Assembly (NCBI GenBank): GCA_032251515.1
Contig: JAVVDU010000010.1
Location: forward strand, 5,244-69,243
DNA: 64,000 bases
Source: Gemmatimonadota bacterium
GTDB taxonomy: Bacteria; Gemmatimonadota; Gemmatimonadetes; Palauibacterales; Palauibacteraceae
Direction: 5' to 3'
Under the pieces are notes generated by a model, which was given only the letters and a program-made list of their open reading frames with translations, was not told where the DNA came from and made no database searches. The position numbers and the translations under genes are program-made. Positions 58,463 to 64,000 of this stretch are shown one piece after another (position 1 is the first letter of the stretch; each line of letters opens with the position of its first letter).

Positions 58463-58861
58463 TCAATCCTCGTCGTCGTCGGAATCGTCGTCGGAATCGT
58501 CGTCGGAATCGTCGTCCTCGTCTTCGTCTTCGTCCTCCTCCTCGTCCCGCATCGAGGCGGGCAAGGGGAGCTCTCCCTCGGAGAGCACGACGAGGTGACG
58601 CAGCACGTCGTCATCCAGCTTCAGGAGCCGCTCGAACTCGGGCAGCACGTCCGGTTCGGCGGTGAACTGGGCCACGACGTAGTAGCCGTTGTCGTTCCGG
58701 TCGATGGGATAGGCGAGATGGCGCTTGCCCCAGTGCTCCACGGCCGTGATCTCCGCGCCCTCGCCGGCGAGGATCTTCTCGTGGTAGCGCTCGAGCCGGG
58801 CATCGATGTCCTCGGTGCCCAGCGCCGACTTGAAGATGTAGACGACCTCGTAGTCGCGCAT
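58463..58861 (-). CDS. rpsF: 30S ribosomal protein S6 with a poly-acidic tail
   Basis: GGAGG RBS, start [14 protein letters not shown]... C-terminus [26 protein letters not shown]. Confidence 0.9.
   Translation of the reverse strand: MRDYEVVYIFKSALGTEDIDARLERYHEKILAGEGAEITAVEHWGKRHLAYPIDRNDNGYYVVAQFTAEPDVLPEFERLLKLDDDVLRHLVVLSEGELPLPASMRDEEEDEDEDEDDDSDDDSDDDSDDDED
58473..58532 (-). repeat. in-frame 12-nt tandem repeat (gaatcgtcgtcg x ~3.5) encoding the (DDDS)n tail of S6
   Basis: Seen directly: atcgtcgtcggaatcgtcgtcggaatcgtcgtcggaatcgtcgtc. Confidence 0.7.
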
Positions 58862-59003
58862 CGTTCCTCCTTCGGTCTCGTTCGGCCCCGGGCGCGCCAC
58901 CCGGGGCAGGAGCATGTTCAGCGGCCCGCTCCCGTACGGCGCGGAGCGGGGGCGGGCCAAACCTAGGCGCCCGGGCGGGCGCCCTCAAGCCGGACCGGCG
59001 TCC

Positions 59004-61151
59004 TCACCCGGCCAGCGGCAGCCAGGCGGCGAGCCACGCGGCCAGGCGTCCGGCCGCCTCCAGCGTCTCCGCGGACACCTCCACCACCTCCACGCCGTGC
59101 ACGCGGGCGAACCACGGCGCCAGCACCAGCGACACGACGCTGATCAGCTTGATCACGATGTTCATCGACGGGCCCGACGTGTCCTTGAACGGGTCGCCCA
59201 CCGTGTCCCCCACGACGGCGGCCTTGTGCGGGTCCGACCCCTTCCCGCCGTGCGCTCCGCCCTCGATGTACTTCTTCGCGTTGTCCCACGCGCCCCCGGC
59301 GTTGGCCATGTACAGGGCGAGCAGCACGCCGCTCAGCGTGGCGCCGGCGAGCAGTCCGCCCAGCGCTTCCACGCCGATGAACCGGCCGACGAGGATCGGA
59401 ACGAGGATGGCGACCAGCCCCGGCAGGACCATCTCGCGAAGCGCCGCGCGCGTCGAGATGTCCACGCAGCGGGCCGAGTCCGGCTCGGCCGTTCCCTCCA
59501 TGAGGCCGGCGATCTCGCGGAACTGTCGCCGCACCTCCTCCACCATCCCCGCGGCGGCCCGTCCTACCGCCGTCATGGTGAGCGAAGCGATGAAGAACGG
59601 CGTGATGCCTCCGATGAACAGCCCGATCACCACGTACGGGTCGGTCAGGTCGATACCCGTGCGGGTGAGCCCGACCGCGTTGGCGTACGCCGAGAACAGG
59701 GCGAGCGCCGTGAGCGCCGCCGAGCCGATCGCGAAGCCCTTGCCGATCGCCGCCGTCGTGTTCCCCAGGGCGTCGAGGCCGTCGGTGATCCGGCGCACCT
59801 CGGGCCCGAGCCCGCTCATCTCGCTGATCCCGCCCGCGTTGTCGGCGATCGGACCGTATGCGTCCACGGACATGGTCACGCCCACCGTGGCCAGCATGCC
59901 CACCGCGGCGATCCCGATTCCGTACAGGCCCGCGAAGTTGACGGCGAGGAAGATCGACAGACAGATCAGAAGCAGCGGCACCGCGACCGATTCCATGCCG
60001 ATCGCCAGGCCCGTGATGATGTTCGTCGCCGCCCCCGTCTCCGACGAGCGGGCGATCGTGCGGATCGGTCGGCCCGCCGTGTAGTACTCCGTGGCCAGGC
60101 CGATCCCGATGCCGACCAGCGAGCCGAACAGCATCGCCCAGAACGGCCCGGCGGCGGGGTGGAGCCACGTCCAGAGGCCCTCACGCCCGCTCCCCGCCAG
60201 GATGTCGAGGCGGACCGTCACGAACCACGCCCCGATCCAGAACAGGATCGCGGCGACGAACGTCGTGTTCCGCAGGGCCGCCGCCGGGTTCATCTTCTCG
60301 AGCACCCGCATCGACAGCACGCCGAACACGCTCGCCACCAGGCCGATCATCGCGTAGAGCACCGGCAGGGCCATCGCCTCCAGGCGCTTCTCCGGCCCGA
60401 TGGCGAGCGCCGTGGCCCCGAGCACGATCGTGGCCACGATGGATCCGACGTAGGACTCGAAGATGTCGGCGCCCATGCCGGCCACGTCCCCGACGTTGTC
60501 GCCCACGTTGTCGGCGATCGTCGCCGGGTTGCGGGGATCGTCCTCGGGGATTCCGGCCTCCACCTTGCCGACCAGGTCCGCTCCGACGTCGGCCGCCTTC
60601 GTGTAGATCCCGCCGCCGATGCGGGCGAACAGGGCGATGGACGAGGCACCCATCGCGAAGCCGGAGATGATCTCCCCGAACCCGCGCAGGCCTACGCTCT
60701 CGGGCCGGAAGATCAGGAGCACGGCACCGATCCCGACCAGTCCGAGGCTCGCGACGGCGAGACCCATGACCGCGCCGCCACTGAACGCGACCCGCAGCGC
60801 CTTGCCCTGCCCGTGGGCCCGCGCCGCCTCCGTGGTCCGGACGTTGGCCAGCGTCGCGGCCCGCATTCCCACGAACCCGGCCACGATGGAACTGAACGCG
60901 CCGAACACGTACGCGGCGGCCGTGCGGCCGTCGATGAGCAGCATAAGCATGAGCGCCACCACCGCGACGAACGGGATGAGAACGGAGTATTCCCGCCGCA
61001 GGAAGGTCATGGCGCCCGCCTGGATCTGGCGTGCCAGGCCCTGCATCACGTCGCTGCCCTCCGGCTGCGACCGCACGTACGCGAACAGGCCCAGCGCGAA
61101 CGCCAGCCCCCCCAGTCCGAGCCACAGGGCCCAGCCGATGGTGTCCATCAC
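59004..61151 (-). CDS. hppA: membrane-bound proton-translocating pyrophosphatase
   Basis: [55 protein letters not shown] and the C-terminal [13 protein letters not shown]...[15 protein letters not shown]. 715 aa, ~16 TM helices. Confidence 0.9.
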   Translation of the reverse strand: MMDTIGWALWLGLGGLAFALGLFAYVRSQPEGSDVMQGLARQIQAGAMTFLRREYSVLIPFVAVVALMLMLLIDGRTAAAYVFGAFSSIVAGFVGMRAATLANVRTTEAARAHGQGKALRVAFSGGAVMGLAVASLGLVGIGAVLLIFRPESVGLRGFGEIISGFAMGASSIALFARIGGGIYTKAADVGADLVGKVEAGIPEDDPRNPATIADNVGDNVGDVAGMGADIFESYVGSIVATIVLGATALAIGPEKRLEAMALPVLYAMIGLVASVFGVLSMRVLEKMNPAAALRNTTFVAAILFWIGAWFVTVRLDILAGSGREGLWTWLHPAAGPFWAMLFGSLVGIGIGLATEYYTAGRPIRTIARSSETGAATNIITGLAIGMESVAVPLLLICLSIFLAVNFAGLYGIGIAAVGMLATVGVTMSVDAYGPIADNAGGISEMSGLGPEVRRITDGLDALGNTTAAIGKGFAIGSAALTALALFSAYANAVGLTRTGIDLTDPYVVIGLFIGGITPFFIASLTMTAVGRAAAGMVEEVRRQFREIAGLMEGTAEPDSARCVDISTRAALREMVLPGLVAILVPILVGRFIGVEALGGLLAGATLSGVLLALYMANAGGAWDNAKKYIEGGAHGGKGSDPHKAAVVGDTVGDPFKDTSGPSMNIVIKLISVVSLVLAPWFARVHGVEVVEVSAETLEAAGRLAAWLAAWLPLAG

Positions 61152-61203
61152 GGAACGCTCTCTCCTGTACGAGTTCCCGCGCCGCCGCCGCAGCGCGCCG
61201 CCC

Positions 61204-61773
61204 TCACGACCGGTTCGCCCGGTTCATCGCCTCTTCGACGCCGTCTGCCAGCCAGCACTCCACCGCCTCCGCGGCCCGCCCGAAGCCCGCCAGCACGAGT
61301 TCCTCCTCGTCGGGACGGGGCGGCGAGAGGACCCAGTCGGCGAGGTCCACGTCGCGGTCCCCCGGTCCCCCGACGCCGATCCGCAGGCGGGCGTAATCCC
61401 GCGACCGCAGCGCCCCCTCCACCGAGAGCAGGCCATTGTGGCCGCCCGCCGAACCCGAGGCCCGGACGCGGAAGCGCCCCGGCGGGAGCGCGACGTCGTC
61501 CACGAGGACGAGCAGGTCCTCGTCGGGACGGAAATCCTCGCGCTCTCCCCAGGGGCGAAGCGCCCTGCCGCTACGGTTCATCCAGGTCAGCGGCTTGACC
61601 AGCCGTACGTCCTGCCCGCTCACGCCGCCGCCCGTTCCGGCCGCCGGTCCGTCCCGTCGGAACGCCGGCAGGTCCCAGCGCGCGACCAGGTGGTCGGCCA
61701 GCCACCAGCCCGCGTTGTGACGGGTGTCGCGGTACCGCTCGCCCGGATTCCCGAGGGCGAGGATCAGCTTCAC
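61204..61773 (-). CDS. pth: peptidyl-tRNA hydrolase
   Basis: [23 protein letters not shown]...GGHNGL. Confidence 0.9.
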   Translation of the reverse strand: MKLILALGNPGERYRDTRHNAGWWLADHLVARWDLPAFRRDGPAAGTGGGVSGQDVRLVKPLTWMNRSGRALRPWGEREDFRPDEDLLVLVDDVALPPGRFRVRASGSAGGHNGLLSVEGALRSRDYARLRIGVGGPGDRDVDLADWVLSPPRPDEEELVLAGFGRAAEAVECWLADGVEEAMNRANRS

Positions 61774-61800
61774 GTCGTCGGAAGGCGGCGGAAGACGGGG

Positions 61801-62460
61801 TCAGTCCGTGTCCTCGTCCTCGTCCGGCCGGGCCGAGAGCACCTCGGGTTCCACGTCCTCCCCGATGAGCTCGAGTCCCTCCTCCTCGGCCTCTTCCTCC
61901 TCGACGATGCGCGGCGCCGCGACGGCGCAGATCGTGAGATCGCCGTCGTCGCGCACGTCGAGTCCGCCCGCGTCGATGTCCCGCACGTGCAGCGAGTCGC
62001 CGATATCCAGCGCCGAGATGTCGACCTCGAACAATTCCGGGATGTCCGTCGGCAGGCACTCGACCTCGATCTCGTGGCGGATCTGCTGCAGGACGCCGCC
62101 GTTCTTCACGCCCGTCGCCGAGCCGGTCAGATGGAGCGGCACGTTCACGACCAGCTTCTCGTCCACGTTGATCTGGAAGAAGTCCACGTGCAGGATCCGC
62201 GGCCGGACGGGGTGGCGCTGCACGTCGCGGATCAGCACCCGTCGCGGCCGTCCCCTGCCCACCGTCAGGTCGATCAGCGTGTTCTCCACGGAGATGCCCG
62301 CCAGCAGGGCCTCGAGCTCCCGCTCGTCCACGGCCACGGACACGGGATCGATCCCGTGTCCGTACAGGCTCCCGGGGATCCTCCCCTCCTGCCGCATCCG
62401 CCTGGCGGGCCCCTTGCCCCGCTCCTCGCGCGCCTCGACGCGCAGCTTCGCCTCTGTCAT
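61801..62460 (-). CDS. rplY: 50S ribosomal protein L25 / general stress protein Ctc, with an acidic C-terminal tail
   Basis: Two-domain L25/Ctc: a conserved N-domain plus the Ctc C-domain, then EEEEAEEEGLE...DEDEDTD. The rplY-pth linkage is conserved. Confidence 0.85.
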   Translation of the reverse strand: MTEAKLRVEAREERGKGPARRMRQEGRIPGSLYGHGIDPVSVAVDERELEALLAGISVENTLIDLTVGRGRPRRVLIRDVQRHPVRPRILHVDFFQINVDEKLVVNVPLHLTGSATGVKNGGVLQQIRHEIEVECLPTDIPELFEVDISALDIGDSLHVRDIDAGGLDVRDDGDLTICAVAAPRIVEEEEAEEEGLELIGEDVEPEVLSARPDEDEDTD

Positions 62461-62533
62461 CGCTCCGTCCCGTGTTCGCTTCCCTGGGGCCCGTCGCGAC
62501 TGCGCGACCGGGCACTTCGGCCGAGCAGCCCGT

Positions 62534-63493
62534 TCAATCGAACAGCTTGCTCACCGACCGGTTGTAATGCGTGCTCTCGATGGCCCGCGCCAGCAGGCTC
62601 GCGATCGACACGACCGTCAGGTTCGGCAGCGCCTGCCGCGTATCCTCCGGGATGTCGATCGTGTCCGTCACCGCGATCTCGACGATCTCCTGGCCCGCCA
62701 GGCGCTCCACCGCAGGCCCCGACAGCAGCGCGTGCGTGGCGATGCAGTACACCTCGGTGGCCCCTCGCTCCCGCAGCGCCTGGATCGCGTTCACCATGGT
62801 GCCCGCGGTGTCGACCATGTCGTCGGGGATCACGCAGCGGCGGCCCCGCACCTCGCCGACCACGTTCACCACCTCGGTCACGTTCGCCGTGGGCCGGCGC
62901 TTGTCGATGATCGCGAGGCCCGCGCCCATCCGCTTCGCGTAGCCGCGCGCCATCTTCGCCGCGCCCACGTCGGTGGCCACGACGACCACGTCCTCCAGCT
63001 TCCGCGACCGGAAGTGCTCCATGAACGCCGGCGCGGCGTACAGGTGGTCGACCGGGATGTCGAAGAACCCCTGCAGCTGGTGCTGGTGCAGGTCGATCGT
63101 GATGACCCGGTCGGCCCCCGCCGCCACGATCAGGTTCGCCATCAGCTTCGCCGCGATCGACACGCGCGGCTGGTCCTTCCGGTCCTGCCGCGCGTACCCG
63201 AAGTAGGGCACGACCGCGGTGACGCGCGCCGCCGATGCCCGCTTGGCCGCATCGATGAGCAGCAGCAGCTCGAGCGTGTTCTCCGCCGGCGGACTCGTCG
63301 GCTGGATCACGAACACGTCGCGACCGCGCACGTTCTCGTCGATCCGGACGAAGATCTCTCCGTCCGCGAACCGGCGGATCGTCACCTCGCACAGCGGCTG
63401 CCCCAGCTCGGCGGCGATGCGGGCCGCGAGGCCCGGGTTCGCCGTCCCGGTCAGCACCATCATCGGCGTGCCGGTCGCGGACATCTCCGTCAT
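62534..63493 (-). CDS. prs: ribose-phosphate pyrophosphokinase
   Basis: FADGEIFVRIDENVRGRDVFVIQ, and the PRPP-binding loop VIPDDMVDTAGTM. Confidence 0.9.
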   Translation of the reverse strand: MTEMSATGTPMMVLTGTANPGLAARIAAELGQPLCEVTIRRFADGEIFVRIDENVRGRDVFVIQPTSPPAENTLELLLLIDAAKRASAARVTAVVPYFGYARQDRKDQPRVSIAAKLMANLIVAAGADRVITIDLHQHQLQGFFDIPVDHLYAAPAFMEHFRSRKLEDVVVVATDVGAAKMARGYAKRMGAGLAIIDKRRPTANVTEVVNVVGEVRGRRCVIPDDMVDTAGTMVNAIQALRERGATEVYCIATHALLSGPAVERLAGQEIVEIAVTDTIDIPEDTRQALPNLTVVSIASLLARAIESTHYNRSVSKLFD

Positions 63494-63572
63494 GGTCCCG
63501 GCTCGCTCCCTCTTCGCGGGCGGTCAGGGGTCCGGAACGAGCCGGGCATCATACAGGCCATCGCGGAGACCG

Positions 63573-64000
63573 TCAACCGGCCGCACCGCTGCGCTCGTCC
63601 GGCATCGCGGGCTGGAACGGGGACGCGCCACCCTCCGCCCCGTGCAGGTAGAGGAGCTGCGTCGGATAGGCGAACTCGATGCCCTCCCTGTCGAAGCGCT
63701 CCAGCAGGGCGAGGTTGATCTCCTGCTGCACGTCCATGTACGCGTTGTAGTCGGGGACCATCATGTAGTAGACGGTCTCGTAGACGAGCGACGAGTCCCC
63801 GAACGCCTTGAAGTGGCAGCGGTCGAAGCGCGTGCGCTCGCACGACTCGATCGTGTCGCGCACGATCCCGGGAATCCGTCCCGCCAGGTCGGGCGGCGTC
63901 TGGTAGATCACCCCGAACGAGAACAGCACGCGGCGCTCGGACATGCGGCCGTAGTTGCGGATCCGGCTCTGCAGCAGGTCGGTGTTCGCGAACACGAGCT
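63573..64000 (-). CDS. mechanosensitive ion channel (MscS family), C-terminal part; gene continues past the window end
   Basis: The MscS beta/cytoplasmic domain pattern (RVLFSFGVIYQTPPD...NLALLERFDREGIEFAYP). Confidence 0.6.
   Translation of the reverse strand, partial: LVFANTDLLQSRIRNYGRMSERRVLFSFGVIYQTPPDLAGRIPGIVRDTIESCERTRFDRCHFKAFGDSSLVYETVYYMMVPDYNAYMDVQQEINLALLERFDREGIEFAYPTQLLYLHGAEGGASPFQPAMPDERSGAAG

Noticed and set aside
58940-58985. GGGCGCCC palindromes downstream of hppA as a mobile-element inverted repeat or REP
   Set aside because: A single copy. It is more simply a GC hairpin or terminator between hppA and rpsF. No transposase or target duplication was seen.

Overview
High-GC (~70%) bacterial chromosomal segment, almost wall-to-wall core housekeeping genes with many 4-nt ATGA/GTGA/TTGA start-stop overlaps. 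I call about 66 CDS (five hypothetical), one ncRNA (SRP RNA), two intrinsic terminators and one sigma70-like promoter. Gene content points to a Gram-negative of the FCB group or Gemmatimonadota-like, but the taxon is not certain. The evidence for that is a TonB system with exbB, two exbD and tonB, an IleRS with a PPTANGRPGVHH motif, SPOR-domain proteins, a ylmE-divIVA-ileS block and an H+-pyrophosphatase.

Layout:
- 1-18.7 kb, all minus strand: ileS, divIVA, yggS, the TonB system, cdaA, folP-ftsH-hpt-tilS, frr-pyrH-tsf-rpsB, rpsI-rplM, a sigma factor, lepB, thpR.
- 18.9-21.5 kb, plus strand: queD-pabB-pabA.
- 21.5-23.7 kb, minus strand: comM plus a small membrane protein.
- 23.7-35 kb, plus strand: EamA transporter, creatininase-family protein, a secreted hypothetical, Yip1, a MacAB-type ABC exporter, a BshB1-like deacetylase, iscS, mnmA.
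- 35-64 kb, all minus strand: dnaJ-grpE, a hydrolase, cinA, pgsA, an MglA-like GTPase, recR-ybaB-dnaX, ffs, yraN, an RNase Z-like hydrolase, smc, two SPOR proteins, a 1095-aa multidomain outer-membrane protein, rsfS, a DAK2-DegV fusion, rplI, a DUF2232-like membrane protein, rpsR-rpsF, hppA, pth, rplY, prs, and a partial mscS.

No mobile elements, CRISPR arrays, prophage or recognisable defense islands were seen.

Most noteworthy, all identified by eye only:
- a translationally coupled operon of a SPOR lipoprotein, a protein with a degenerate ParA/MinD-like domain plus TM plus SPOR, SMC, and an RNase Z-like MBL hydrolase;
- a 1095-aa secreted protein that fuses an HExxH zincin-like domain, TolB/PD40 propeller repeats and a C-terminal Omp85 barrel;
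- an MglA-like Ras GTPase whose upstream partner is not a roadblock/MglB;
- a QueD/PTPS-family gene with a CETLHGH motif embedded in the pabB-pabA folate cluster;
- a DAK2 (FakA-like) - DegV (FakB-like) single-chain fusion;
- an unlisted 4.5S SRP RNA with its own promoter upstream of dnaX.

Many long Arg/Pro-rich ORFs in the track are antisense shadows of real genes.
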